In this document: positions 9,964 to 20,331 of the stretch, piece after piece
Layout of the letters: the number at the start of each line of letters is the position of its first letter
Numbering within the stretch: position 1 is the stretch's first letter
Assembly: GCA_965223295.1 (NCBI GenBank)
Contig: CBDCWC010000002.1
Coordinates: forward strand, 224,001 to 288,000
Reading direction: 5' to 3'
Source: Nitrospirales bacterium
Lineage (GTDB): Bacteria; Nitrospirota; Nitrospiria; Nitrospirales; UBA8639
Length of the DNA stretch: 64,000 nt
Notes under the pieces: generated by a model
What the model saw: only the letters and a program-made list of their open reading frames with translations
What the model was told of the DNA's origin: nothing
Databases searched by the model: none
Translations under genes and position numbers: made by a program

Positions 9964-10515
9964 TCATTCTTCTTCGTCTTTTCCTTGCATACGTGTGATG
10001 AACTCACGCACATCCGGCGGTGCATTGCTGAGAAGCTCTTCATCTGTTTGAAAAGGTTTTTCTTTGAGGAAATCAGGGCCTTGCTCTTCCTCGAAAGGTG
10101 CGCCTGAGTCTTTCCCTTCCAACTCAGTCAAGACAATTTGAGTTGGAACGGCCGTGATATTTGTCTCCTCAACGCCCATTCGACGTGAGACAACTATGAG
10201 GCTTTTGACTGTGCCAGTTATTGGGTCTTTGCTCAAGGCATAATTCCATCCATTTAAGAGACGGCCAAGCCCCAATTCAAGAGGTATTTCTTCAAAGACT
10301 GCAGAAATCGTCGCTTCCGTATATTTCGATGTAGTGAAAACGGTAACATTGATCCCCGCTTCCACCTCGATCTGATTCATTACATTTGCAAGAGACGTGT
10401 TTCTGAGATTTGCGGAAAGTTTTTGTCCGTTTACACGGACTTCCGCATGGCTATCGAATGCGAAGAGTACCCATATTGTGAGTGGTACTACCCATATGAG
10501 GACAAGTTTTTTCAT
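9964..10515 (-). CDS. Exported hypothetical protein with secretin/TonB short N-terminal (STN)-like domain
   Basis: Signal peptide; 'LSANLRNTSLANVMNQI...ISAVFEEIPLELGLGRLL' pattern; acidic tail. Confidence 0.65.
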   Translation of the reverse strand: MKKLVLIWVVPLTIWVLFAFDSHAEVRVNGQKLSANLRNTSLANVMNQIEVEAGINVTVFTTSKYTEATISAVFEEIPLELGLGRLLNGWNYALSKDPITGTVKSLIVVSRRMGVEETNITAVPTQIVLTELEGKDSGAPFEEEQGPDFLKEKPFQTDEELLSNAPPDVREFITRMQGKDEEE

Positions 10516-10629
10516 AAGATCGAATATTCCCTTAGTTTAAGGTGAGATAACCATGCAATAAAGTAAAAACAGAAAGCTCCGCCCCTTATGGACATCGTGA
10601 AGTTTTTGATGTTGTGCAGTAATCCTGGC

Positions 10630-10663
10630 ATCCTCTGGCCGGTGCTTACCACGGCCAGAGGAT
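10630..10663. terminator. Stable intergenic hairpin (terminator or mRNA stabiliser)
   Basis: 12-bp perfect stem atcctctggccg/cggccagaggat between two co-directional genes. Confidence 0.55.
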
Positions 10664-10674
10664 AATCAGTTTTT

Positions 10675-11205
10675 TTAGTTGTTGTTGTTCTCCCATGCTG
10701 AATAGGATACAACCGTGAATGCTCCTACGCCTCCAATTCTTTGGGGTAGCCTACATCTTACATTGTATACTCCTCCGCTTCCGTCATAATTCATATTCAT
10801 CAAAAACACATCGCTATTTCCGCCGAAAAATTCTTCACTATTTCCTGACTCAGAATGGACAAGGTCTCCATTGAGGCCTCGGACATACGCTGTACAGGAG
10901 ATCGTGGCTTCATCACTTTGGTCTTTGACATCAATAATGACAGAGCTGAGTTTCCCACCCGATAAGGTATATGGAATCGGACAATACACAGTCAGGGATT
11001 GCGTGGTACTCTGGTTGTAAGCGCCAGATGAGGTATACCTGATATCGTTTACGCTGGAGCCACCGAAGGGTTGACACATTGTTCCAGGGTACGTCGTGAC
11101 CGTACTTTCAGCCAAGGCTGTTGCACCTTCTACGATACTGACGATCATCATCATTCCTATTACTCCATAGAACAATTTGGACACTGGTTTGAGATATTTT
11201 CTCAT
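10675..11205 (-). CDS. Secreted beta-rich hypothetical protein with four Cys
   Basis: GGAG RBS, signal peptide ALA-E, beta-strand-rich mature part. Confidence 0.8.
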   Translation of the reverse strand: MRKYLKPVSKLFYGVIGMMMIVSIVEGATALAESTVTTYPGTMCQPFGGSSVNDIRYTSSGAYNQSTTQSLTVYCPIPYTLSGGKLSSVIIDVKDQSDEATISCTAYVRGLNGDLVHSESGNSEEFFGGNSDVFLMNMNYDGSGGVYNVRCRLPQRIGGVGAFTVVSYSAWENNNN

Positions 11206-11313
11206 GATAGCACTCCCTTTTTTCTCGATCCTTAGTCGATCGATCAGTTAGATAGTTGTTTAAAAGATCTTTTCCCTTCAGATCTGCTTTGTGTGCATGC
11301 AAAATTACCTTAG

Positions 11314-11329
11314 AGCACAGATCATGCCA
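11314..11329 (-). promoter_or_regulatory. Putative sigma-54 promoter
   Basis: TGGCAtgatctgTGCT on the minus strand (GG-N10-GC), about 110 bp upstream of 11205. Confidence 0.55.
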
Positions 11330-11938
11330 GTATTGGGCAGACGTTATAGGATGCAAATATTTTGTCTGTAAATAAGGATGTTTGTGACTTTTGCCTGATC
11401 GGAAATCCATCAATGCATGATAGCTGGCAACCTCAAGATGTATCTGAACGAACAGAATTTGTATAACAAAAGGTACAGATTGTTCAGGCCTGTCTTAGAA
11501 TTTTGGCCGTGGCCATCCCATTCGCTAGTGGAGAATGATTGTCATGGGCCCTGTGATTTCTGAGTCTGATGGAATCTAGATTGACCGCACCAATAAGATC
11601 TCAATAATTGCGAAAGCAGGACAGTCCAATATGTATAAGGAGATAGAGGTCCCGAAGCAATCCGGGGAAATATATTGATTAGAATCCAGATATGACCATT
11701 GATTTTTTGAGATGAGTCAAGAAGTCGAGGGAGTAAGGCCATGAAAAACATGATAAGTTTGTCTGTGTCTATGTGATGAGAGAAATTTACACTTACCGCT
11801 TTTGGCCTCCTTCTGGGTCTCTTTCCTCAATCATCTTCAATATATCCATAGAGAGGGCGGGTGTGTTAAGTAAATATTACAGTTCTTATTAGGATTGTCG
11901 TGAAAGTAAAATATCGAAAAATTGAGGAGGACATGTGA

Positions 11939-13183
11939 ATGGCAACGATTGCACCGTTTCGTGCTGTGAGACCGAAATCTGAGTTGGCCGCTCAAGTGGC
12001 AGCTCCACCCTATGACGTGGTGTCATTGAAAGAAGCGCGCGCTTTGGCAGAAGGAAATCCCCACTGCTTTCTTCGTATTGGGCGGGCCGAACTTGAGTTG
12101 AAGGATGACGTTGACTCGTATTCGGCCGAAGTCTATCAACGCGGTGCGGACAATTTACAAAAATTGATAAAGCAAGGGGTGTTGGTACAAGAACCCCAAC
12201 CTCTCTTGGGCGTTTACCGGCAGAGATGGGGACAGCATGAACAGACGGGTATTGTAGCTCTGGCTTCCGTAGACGAGTATGACAAAGGCATCATTAAAAA
12301 ACATGAATTTACCAGACCGGTCAAGGAAAACGATCGAGTAAAGATTATCGAAACCCATGAATCGCAATCTGGGCCAGTTCTTCTCTTTTTTCGACAAACG
12401 GCCCATATCGGTAAATGGCTCAAAGACGTAACAGATACGAACCCAGATGTGCAGTTTGTGGCGGATGATCAGGTTGAACACACGGTATGGAGCGTACGGA
12501 AGGATTCGGCGATTCAACAAGTCATCAAAGATTTTCAGGACATTCCAGCTCTCTATATTGCTGATGGCCATCATCGTTCGGCAGCAGCGTCCCGTGTGCG
12601 GGAGTCTCGCGGCCATTCAAGCGCGTTGCCTGCTGGGAGCCACGAAGAAGGATTTTTGGCGGTCATCTTTCCGCATGACCAATTGCAAATCCTTCCCTAC
12701 AATCGAGTGGTTCGAGATTTGAACGGACTCACGCCCAAAGGATTGATTGAAAAGTTAGCCACGCACTTTGAGTTACAAGCGACCACGCAACCAGGCGACG
12801 CGCCAGCCGCAGGTTTCGAGATGTATCTGGAAGGGCAGTGGCACCGCGCCACACCCAAACAGGATCCGTCTTTAAACAGTCAGCACGATCCGGTTCGTGC
12901 TTTAGCGGTCTCAGAATTAACGGAGCGCGTACTGGATCCGCTCTTAGGTATCAAAGATCAACGATCCGATCCACGCATAGATTTTGTTGGCGGCATTCGT
13001 GGCACACAGCAACTTGAGGCGTTGGTAGACAGTGGGGACTGGGCAGTGGCATTTTGGTTATATCCCACCACTGTGGATGAACTCATGGCTGTTGCCGATG
13101 CCGATCGTGTCATGCCTCCCAAAAGCACCTGGTTCGAACCCAAGCTCCGTGACGGCCTCTTTGTGCATATGCTAAGGGACTGA
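11939..13183 (+). CDS. DUF1015 family protein
   Basis: APPYDV, IKKHEFT, YIADGHHR, MPPKSTWFEPK. Confidence 0.95.
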   Translation: MATIAPFRAVRPKSELAAQVAAPPYDVVSLKEARALAEGNPHCFLRIGRAELELKDDVDSYSAEVYQRGADNLQKLIKQGVLVQEPQPLLGVYRQRWGQHEQTGIVALASVDEYDKGIIKKHEFTRPVKENDRVKIIETHESQSGPVLLFFRQTAHIGKWLKDVTDTNPDVQFVADDQVEHTVWSVRKDSAIQQVIKDFQDIPALYIADGHHRSAAASRVRESRGHSSALPAGSHEEGFLAVIFPHDQLQILPYNRVVRDLNGLTPKGLIEKLATHFELQATTQPGDAPAAGFEMYLEGQWHRATPKQDPSLNSQHDPVRALAVSELTERVLDPLLGIKDQRSDPRIDFVGGIRGTQQLEALVDSGDWAVAFWLYPTTVDELMAVADADRVMPPKSTWFEPKLRDGLFVHMLRD

Positions 13184-13268
13184 GCTGCGAGCGACTTTCC
13201 TGTCAATGAGGTTCTGGTGGTGACTAGTTAGTTGGTCAGACTAGACAAATATATTAGAACTCTTTCTC

Positions 13269-13512
13269 ATGAAAATCGTTAATGTCTATGAAGCGAAGAC
13301 TCGCCTATCGCAACTTCTGGACTTAGCGGCCTCAGGGGAAAAAGTTGTCATTATCCGTGCCGGTAGGTCAATGGCCAAACTTATTCGTTCCCAAGTATCA
13401 CCCAAATCGGGAAAGCCTGGCTGCTCGAAGGGAAAAGTCAAAATTTCTAAAGATTTTGATCAACTTCCTGAAAATTTTTCTCGAGGCTCGATTTAAAGAA
13501 GAGGCCGGGTGA
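13269..13512 (+). CDS. Phd/YefM-family antitoxin; probable +1 frameshift in the T-run near 13475-13479
   Basis: NVYEAKTRLSQLL...GEKVVI; removing one T gives ...PENFLEARFKEEAG* ending in a GTGA overlap with the next start. Confidence 0.8.
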
Positions 13513-13943
13513 CATTTTTGTTCGATACTCATGTCTTGCTATTAATGGTGGCTATGACTTGTGGCGCTTGTGCTGTAACTCAGAAAGAGCTCAGCGAGGA
13601 GTTGAGTTTTCCTCCTCTTGAGTTGATTGAGCGTAATATTCACCAAACGGATATAACGTTTGTCCTGGCAATAAGAGATGTGCACCGTATTGAAACAATT
13701 GGTTCCTACTCGAGCTGGGAAATCACTGCGAAAGTTCGAAATTCCTTGAAAGGCCATCTTGTTGAAGGAACAACCATTCAATACGATCGAACCATTGAAG
13801 GGAGTTCGCTTGCGCTTCCCATAGGAAGTCTTCATCTCGTCAGTTTTGTCTGGAAAGAAGAACGGTTTGTTATTCCGGACAGCGGGTATCACTTCCCGTA
13901 CTCTCAAAAATTGAGGAGACAGCTTGAGGCGAAATTTCCATAA
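13509..13943 (+). CDS. Chimeric ORF: VapC/PIN-like first strand fused to an unrelated, probably lipoprotein, domain
   Basis: MTFLFDTHVLL resembles the PIN start; the remainder has a lipobox-like CGAC and no PIN acidic motifs that I can recognise. Confidence 0.6.
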   Translation: MTFLFDTHVLLLMVAMTCGACAVTQKELSEELSFPPLELIERNIHQTDITFVLAIRDVHRIETIGSYSSWEITAKVRNSLKGHLVEGTTIQYDRTIEGSSLALPIGSLHLVSFVWKEERFVIPDSGYHFPYSQKLRRQLEAKFP

Positions 13944-14005
13944 TCACTACCAGTGGCTTTGGATAGGTTAGCATTTTCATAAAAATAGTAGCGCAGATCC
14001 GAAGA

Positions 14006-14237
14006 GAGTGGGTTGAATGCGACGACACATCAGAGGTAAATTTTCCCATGATGACGTCAGTTGCCAAGAGTCTCGGGGGCTGTTCAAAAAAATCATCCAG
14101 CAAGGCCACAGCCATTTTTGTGAGCGGAGCGTACTGCCTGTACGTGAGTACCGAAAAAGGCGAGAGCGCTGCTCACGGTCTTTGTAGACTATCGAGTTAC
14201 TTCGGCGGAGTAGGCGGTGGCTTTTTTCAACAGGCCC
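14006..14237 (+). mobile_element. Family A element with degenerate leader and REP-like insert in the core
   Basis: Inner end ggggctgttcaaaaaaa at about 14076, right end ttcaacaggccc; flanks gaaga/taaga. Confidence 0.8.
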
Positions 14238-14256
14238 TAAGAGATAAATTGGTTTA

Positions 14257-14721
14257 ATGGAGAACATACAATGGTCCGTTTTTACCTTTTCGGATTTCTC
14301 TCCGGAGCAACTATATGCGGTGCTGAAGTTGCGCGTGGATGTGTTTGTTGTGGAGCAACAATGCGCGTATCCAGAATTAGATGAATATGATCGGCATCCT
14401 GAGGCCAGGCATCTTTCGGGGCGAAATGATGTTGGGGAATTGCTTGCTTATGCACGCCTTCTTCCACCTGGACTTCGCTATCAGGAAGTAAATCTTGGGC
14501 GAGTTGTGGTGAGAGCGGATTTTCGTAAGCAGGGAGTTGGGCATCAACTGTTACAGAACGCACTAGAAGAGATCTCTGGTTGTTGGCGCAAGACGCCTGT
14601 GAAAATTTCTGCTCAGGAGTATCTTCAGAAATTATATGAACAGTATGGGTTTGTTCGTGTTTCTGATGTATTTTTAGAAGATGGGATTCCTCATGTTGAG
14701 ATGCTGAGGGAATCTGAATAA
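14257..14721 (+). CDS. elaA: ElaA-family GNAT acetyltransferase
   Basis: LRVDVFVVEQQCAYPELD, LGRVVV, ISAQEYL, EDGIPHVEM. Confidence 0.92.
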   Translation: MENIQWSVFTFSDFSPEQLYAVLKLRVDVFVVEQQCAYPELDEYDRHPEARHLSGRNDVGELLAYARLLPPGLRYQEVNLGRVVVRADFRKQGVGHQLLQNALEEISGCWRKTPVKISAQEYLQKLYEQYGFVRVSDVFLEDGIPHVEMLRESE

Positions 14722-14736
14722 ATACTGTTATAGTTT

Positions 14737-14763
14737 GTCATACCCGCGGAGGCGGGTATCCAG
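14737..14763. repeat. REP-like palindrome (GTCATNCCCGC..GGCGGGNATCCAG type)
   Basis: gtcatacccgcggaggcgggtatccag. Confidence 0.7.
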
Positions 14764-14851
14764 AAAACGATAGAGAAGGTTCATTGCCTGTTTTTTCGGA
14801 AAGGATACGCATGGTTTTCATCTGAAAGTTTATTGCTGTTTTCACGACTCT

Positions 14852-14885
14852 ACCCCACCTTAGTCCTCCCCTTACAAAGGGGAGA
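14852..14885. repeat. REP-like palindrome (CCCCACC..CCTCCCC..GGGGAG type)
   Basis: accccaccttagtcctccccttacaaaggggaga; related to the intragenic copies at 28449 and 29219. Confidence 0.65.
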
Positions 14886-14911
14886 AACTTGAATCAAAAT
14901 ACTTTAAACTG

Positions 14912-16060
14912 ATGAATAATTTATCTCTTGGTAAATTTTCGATTGAAACATTTTTGGCTGAGTATTGGCAGAAGAAGCCGTTGTTGATTCGGCAGGCGTT
15001 GCCTGGGATTCAGCCGGTAATTGCGGCTGACGAACTAGCCGGTCTTGCTTGTGAGGAGGAAGTCGAGTCACGGCTGATTATTCAGAATGCCGAGACTGAT
15101 GAGTGGACATTGACTCATGGGCCATTTGTGGAGGCCAATTTTTCTGAGTTGCCTAAAACTCATTGGACCCTACTAGTCCAGGCCGTCGATCATTGGGTGC
15201 CCGTTGCTGCGGATTTTCTTGCACAGTTTTATTTTATCCCCAGTTGGCGGGTCGATGACCTGATGGTCAGCTATTCTGGGGACAAAGGCGGCGTCGGGCC
15301 GCATTATGATAATTATGATGTCTTTTTGGTGCAGGTGAGCGGACGGCGGCAATGGGAAGTGGGCGGACTGTATGACGAAACCTCACCTTGTCGGCCTGAT
15401 GTGCCTCTGAAGATTTTGACTGAATGGGAGCGTCAAGAGTCTTGGGTGTTGGAGCCGGGTGACATGCTCTATGTGCCTCCCCGTGCCGGGCATAGTGGAG
15501 TTGCGGTGGGAGAGAATTGTATGACCTACTCAGTGGGATTCCGCGCCCCGTCTCACCGGGATCTTTTGCTCGATTTTCCTGAATATGTTGGGGAACAGCT
15601 CAGCGAAGATGTGCGCTATGCGGATCCTGACTTGGTTCCTCACGACAATCCCGGACACATGACTCCTGATGCCGTCACAAAAGTTCAGAGGATCTTATCT
15701 CACTACGTTGATGATTTTGAAAATGTCGCTCAATGGTTTGGCCGATATATGACAGCTCCGAAATATGCTGAGGATGATACACCTCAGGAGGAGTTGAGTT
15801 TAGAAGATGTTCGTGGACACGTAGCAACCGGAGGGATGCTGATTCGAAATGAAGGTTCCCGGTTTGCGTTTCAGGAGTATGGGACGAATGTGTGGTTGTT
15901 TGTTGAAGGCCGACAATATACCTGTCATGAATCAATGACTGGCTTTGTCAAGGCCTTATGCGCCGAACGAACATTCTCTGATGTTCTTGGCCGGTCGAAA
16001 GAACAAGATTCGTTAATTCTTGATTTGTTAAATCATGGCAGTCTTTATCTTTCTGACTGA
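14912..16060 (+). CDS. roxA: JmjC/cupin 2-oxoglutarate oxygenase, ribosomal protein uL16 hydroxylase-like
   Basis: YWQKKPLLIR, WTLLVQAVD, WRVDDLMVS, GPHYDNYDVFL, LEPGDMLYVPP. Confidence 0.9.
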   Translation: MNNLSLGKFSIETFLAEYWQKKPLLIRQALPGIQPVIAADELAGLACEEEVESRLIIQNAETDEWTLTHGPFVEANFSELPKTHWTLLVQAVDHWVPVAADFLAQFYFIPSWRVDDLMVSYSGDKGGVGPHYDNYDVFLVQVSGRRQWEVGGLYDETSPCRPDVPLKILTEWERQESWVLEPGDMLYVPPRAGHSGVAVGENCMTYSVGFRAPSHRDLLLDFPEYVGEQLSEDVRYADPDLVPHDNPGHMTPDAVTKVQRILSHYVDDFENVAQWFGRYMTAPKYAEDDTPQEELSLEDVRGHVATGGMLIRNEGSRFAFQEYGTNVWLFVEGRQYTCHESMTGFVKALCAERTFSDVLGRSKEQDSLILDLLNHGSLYLSD

Positions 16061-16069
16061 AAGCGCGTT

Positions 16070-16504
16070 CTAAAGTGGGATTTTTCGAGGTTGAGACAGG
16101 TCCTCATACGAGAGGATACGTCGATGGCCGACTTCATCAAGCTGGATCACCATTTCAATAGATGTCCCTTTTTCTATCGTTTCCAACTTTTTATATTGTT
16201 CGGGATCCAGCGGATAGACCAATAGCGTCGTCCCATCAGGCACCAATTTCCAACCAGTATTGAATAACGGACGATCATCTGACCGTTGTTCCTAATTGAG
16301 CCAGATATTCTGTTCGCCCTTGTCGATGTATCGGACAGTGCCTCGTATGCCGGTTGGTTCACGAAAATTCAGAATGTCGGTTAGAAATGTGTCCAGAGGG
16401 TGCGGTTCTGGCTCGAGAGCGGTTGCCGGGATAGAAGGTAGTAGGAGTCCCGGAAGACTGATATATATCAAAAATTGCAGGTAAGAGAATTTCCGACTTC
16501 TCAT
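16070..16504 (-). pseudogene. Exported hypothetical protein interrupted by an in-frame TAG at 16292-16294
   Basis: Frame continues for 73 sense codons after the TAG (EQRSDDRPLFNTGWKLVPDG...LSQPRKIPL*). Confidence 0.7.
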
Positions 16505-16523
16505 AGGGTGCGTTTTTCCTTGC

Positions 16524-17276
16524 TTATAATTGAGTCGCACCACCATCTACGGTCAGGTCAATTCCTGTAATATACGTTGAATCATCTGAACCTAGAAACA
16601 ATACGGCTTTGGCAATTTCTTCTGGTGTTCCCATTCGTTTCATGGGGTTTTGATTTGCAAAGCTGTCTTTCATTTCGGGAACGGCTTCTGCCGGCATCCC
16701 AATTTTGTCAAAGATGGGGGTTTCGATGGGACCCGGAGCAATGGCATTCACGCGTATTTTTTTCTCGAGAAGCTCGGTCGAAAGGGTTCTGGCCAAACTT
16801 CGAACAGCAGCTTTCGTGGCGGCATAAATATTGGTACTGGGAAACCCTTTCTGGTCAGCAATCGAAGAATTGAGGACGATGGAACTTCCTTCATTCATGA
16901 GCGGCACGGCTTTTTGAATATTAAAAAATAGGCCTTTGAAGTTCACATTCACCATGGTATCGAATGTAGCCTCGTCGATAGTGTCATAGGGACCAAAGAT
17001 CGCAATGCCAGCGTTGAGGAATAGTATATCGATCTTAAATCCTGACTGCTGAATTTTTTCATAAAGCTGAACAATGTCCTGAAGATTTCCCGTGTCCGAG
17101 ACGATTCCCTTGCAGGTTCCTCTGATTTCTTTAACTGCGGCATCTACGGCCTCTTGCCGTCTTCCCGTAATAATCACCCTTGCCCCTTCGGCCTGAAGCA
17201 ATTTAGCGGTGGCTAATCCAATTCCGCTATTCCCGCCAGTAATGACAGCGATTTTTTCTTTGAGTTTTAACGACAT
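16524..17276 (-). CDS. SDR family oxidoreductase
   Basis: TGGNSGIG, NAG, YAATK; AAGGA RBS before ATG 17276. Confidence 0.95.
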   Translation of the reverse strand: MSLKLKEKIAVITGGNSGIGLATAKLLQAEGARVIITGRRQEAVDAAVKEIRGTCKGIVSDTGNLQDIVQLYEKIQQSGFKIDILFLNAGIAIFGPYDTIDEATFDTMVNVNFKGLFFNIQKAVPLMNEGSSIVLNSSIADQKGFPSTNIYAATKAAVRSLARTLSTELLEKKIRVNAIAPGPIETPIFDKIGMPAEAVPEMKDSFANQNPMKRMGTPEEIAKAVLFLGSDDSTYITGIDLTVDGGATQL

Positions 17277-17354
17277 CAATTCTTTCCTTTCACATGATAA
17301 AGAAGCCTTAAAAGACCTAGTGTCATAGCAAATACGGTTGCCGAGGTGCAATTA

Positions 17355-18290
17355 TCATAGGTCCCACTCATCTTCTTGCCATCGTTTCTTAATAGCTGAA
17401 GTCCTTCTTCGCTGTTTCGTATAGGCCCATAAGGCCAGCAGTGTGATCGTGAGCCACACCACGCTAGGACTCGTCGCGACCGGGACCCACCGATTCCAGA
17501 TTGTCTGTCGACTCCAAAAACGTTCTTCGGCCTGTGTGAGGGACATAGCAGTCGTTTGGGCAAAGGCTTCAGAAAAGGACAATCCTAGTCTGACCTTTGC
17601 CAGAATACGTTTGGGGACTTGCTGGTGAGTGCGTTCCAAAAGATCTAGAATAAAGGCATAGGCCAAGACATAAGCGTACCGGACTGACGTATCGTCTTTA
17701 ATAAAGAGCTGATTCAATTCCGCCAGCGAAACCTGTGTGCCGGAGACCATAGCCCATATTAATCTTGCTCGATCTTCAAAATCCCATGTTCGGGCGGCCA
17801 GCATTGCCAATCCTTCGTCAAACCATCGGGGGAGTGGTTGGCCGCCTGCTGCCCGGTAGGCCAGGATATGTCCGACTTCATGCAAAAATACCTGGTTGAG
17901 TGAATCATTCGGATAACTCAAACTTCGGTCCGTAAGAAGGACGATAGTCGATGCATGACTTAGCGCGTAGCCGGACATCCAATCTGCCGCTTCCTGGGCT
18001 GCGGGAGAGTTGTCTGGCGTCAGAATGACTCGAATGGCAGGCCCAGGATGTTTGAGACCCATAAGACTCATCATTCTCTCAAATGTGAAAGGATTAGTTC
18101 TCCCTAAGCGAGCCGCTATTGGTTGTAATGCGTCTGATGCTTCAAAGATAAATTCTAGAGAGGGGGCTCCAAGGAGGATCCGAGGAAATATGGGCATTAA
18201 GATGATTGTGAACAGCCCTATCTGCAATAGACGATACGTTGTTAGGCCATACCATCCGTAACCATTCAATTGTTTGTGACAACAACCCAT
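17355..18290 (-). CDS. Peptidase MA-family metalloprotease, membrane-anchored; start uncertain
   Basis: HEVGH...PRWFDEGLA; C-terminal TM. Confidence 0.85.
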   Translation of the reverse strand: MGCCHKQLNGYGWYGLTTYRLLQIGLFTIILMPIFPRILLGAPSLEFIFEASDALQPIAARLGRTNPFTFERMMSLMGLKHPGPAIRVILTPDNSPAAQEAADWMSGYALSHASTIVLLTDRSLSYPNDSLNQVFLHEVGHILAYRAAGGQPLPRWFDEGLAMLAARTWDFEDRARLIWAMVSGTQVSLAELNQLFIKDDTSVRYAYVLAYAFILDLLERTHQQVPKRILAKVRLGLSFSEAFAQTTAMSLTQAEERFWSRQTIWNRWVPVATSPSVVWLTITLLALWAYTKQRRRTSAIKKRWQEDEWDL

Positions 18291-18378
18291 CCGTTTGTCT
18301 AGCAGAGTGATTTCATTGAGACCATTAGAAACATCATATTTCTGAACAACTCAGGTTGAGCAAGCGAAGGTGTGGAAG

Positions 18379-18569
18379 GGGACCGTTGAGTAATGAAGAT
18401 ATCAAAAGCCATATTTCGCTATGAAGCCCTTGGCGATCAACAACCTCGGGTCTGTTCAAAAAAGTTCGTCCAGCAAGGCCACAGCTATTTTTGCGCGCGG
18501 AGCGTCCTGGCACGACGTGAGCACGGAAAAATGGCGAGAACGCGGCTGGCGGCTTTTTTCAACAGACCC
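18379..18569 (+). mobile_element. Family A element, full length
   Basis: gggaccgttgag...ttcaacagaccc; 5-bp duplication GGAAG. Confidence 0.93.
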
Positions 18570-18597
18570 GGAAGTACGAAAATGAGGCAGAGACGGC

Positions 18598-20232
18598 TCA
18601 AAAGCTGCCAGCTTGGACGACATCGTCGAGATTGTTGATATCCAACCAGTGGCCGACAGTATAGAGGACGCGAATAGGCTGATGTTGTCTTAGTAACTCC
18701 TGAAACAAAGTTGCCATGCCGGCTTTCTGGTTCTCTGGCGCACTTAAGAGTCTAGGAAGCAGTTCTTGTAACTGTATGGTTCCCGATGCTGAAACCTTGA
18801 GAAAGCCCATCCAGACGCCATGGATATTATCAGGGTGGATGTGGGTACCGAGTTGCTTGAGGTGAATAGGAGTCTTGAATGCTTTGCGGGAATTGGGCGC
18901 GGTGCATTCAGCAAATCCTCCTAGACGGGTATAGCTAGTTTTTTCTTGCCAGTTGCTATCGACAAAAATGACGAAGTCGCCTTTAGCTTGCAAGAGTGCT
19001 TGTGGAATATATGAGTTAAACAATACATCGCCATAGGAGACGATGAGGTCTTGTGTGTGACATGTCTTGGCTTCGAGTGCCTTCAACAGGGAATCGAGTT
19101 CGCCTGTTGACGAAAAATCATCATTATCCACATAGGTTAAATGAGGCAGATTGACGGCTTCTTTTTTATATCCACGAACGACACAGATATCTTTTATCCC
19201 AACCGTATTATACGCATCCATAATGTGTCCCAGAATGGGGACTCCTCGAATGGGCACCATGGTTTTAGGTTTATCGTTCGTTAGTTCGCCCAACTCATCT
19301 CCACGGGAAGCGGCCAACACAATTGCAGAAGCACGCTCTGTACCCTTAGGAAGATAGCGTTGTTCGGCTTCTTGTAGATCTGCGGCGCCTTGCAAGCGAA
19401 AGACTTCGGCGACGGGAACGATCTTGTCTTCCACCGAGAGCAGGTTTTCCTGTTCTCGAAGAATACGGGCAGTGGATTGCATGGTCGCAATTGCCGCACG
19501 GAGGAGATGATTCGCCCAAATCACCATTGAGATGTTTTGCTGTCGAAAGACATCCATCGGTGTGGAGTAATATTTGGTTGGTACAATCACCACCGGGCAA
19601 CGGTCAGCCCATTCCCGTTTGAAGGCCAGTATCTCATCAGGTATGGTCAATGCACTATGTATCAAGATTCCGTCGGCTCCTGCTTGATGATAGGCTTCTG
19701 CCCGACGAATGGCTTCGGCTAGTCCCCAACCACAAATAAATGCTTCGATGCGCGCAATGAGACAGAAATCCGTGTCCGACTGCGCATCTTTTCCGGCTTT
19801 AATCTTTCCACAGAATTCTTCCATGTTGGCAAGAGGTTGTGCCTCGCCTTGAAGAAAGCTATTGGTTTTGGGAAATAACTTATCTTCAATGCAGACGGCT
19901 GCAATGTCCCGCTGCTCTAATTTCCGGATGAGACGCTGCATATTGTTGAAGTTGCCATAGCCGGTATCACCATCAAGTAAGATAGGAATACAAGTTGCGT
20001 CGGACATAAATTCCAGATTGTCCAAGACCTGGGTCCAGCTGGCTTCGTTGTTGTCCCGTACCCCAAACTGTGCAGAAATAGACAACCCGCTTGCCCAAAT
20101 CCCTTCAAATCCGGCCTCTTCCACAATTTTGGCACTGAGACCGTTGTGGGCTTCGCAAAGAAACTCGAGTTGTGGGGACAAAAGGAGTTGTTTGAATTGC
20201 TTAGACTTTGATGGTTGTCGTTCGCTTGGCAT
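18598..20232 (-). CDS. pepM: Phosphoenolpyruvate mutase fused to a C-terminal nucleotidyltransferase
   Basis: [23 protein letters not shown] (EDK-X5-NS signature); C-terminal LAASRG...KPKTM...GYK...YGD NTP-transferase motifs. Confidence 0.95.
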   Translation of the reverse strand: MPSERQPSKSKQFKQLLLSPQLEFLCEAHNGLSAKIVEEAGFEGIWASGLSISAQFGVRDNNEASWTQVLDNLEFMSDATCIPILLDGDTGYGNFNNMQRLIRKLEQRDIAAVCIEDKLFPKTNSFLQGEAQPLANMEEFCGKIKAGKDAQSDTDFCLIARIEAFICGWGLAEAIRRAEAYHQAGADGILIHSALTIPDEILAFKREWADRCPVVIVPTKYYSTPMDVFRQQNISMVIWANHLLRAAIATMQSTARILREQENLLSVEDKIVPVAEVFRLQGAADLQEAEQRYLPKGTERASAIVLAASRGDELGELTNDKPKTMVPIRGVPILGHIMDAYNTVGIKDICVVRGYKKEAVNLPHLTYVDNDDFSSTGELDSLLKALEAKTCHTQDLIVSYGDVLFNSYIPQALLQAKGDFVIFVDSNWQEKTSYTRLGGFAECTAPNSRKAFKTPIHLKQLGTHIHPDNIHGVWMGFLKVSASGTIQLQELLPRLLSAPENQKAGMATLFQELLRQHQPIRVLYTVGHWLDINNLDDVVQAGSF

Positions 20233-20331
20233 AAGTTAGAGAAGCAGAGTAAGCGTCAGATCGTGAGAAAACGTGCACAAGTCTACAGCAAGGCGAATCT
20301 TGCTGCCAAATTCTTTCACCGGATGAGAAAA

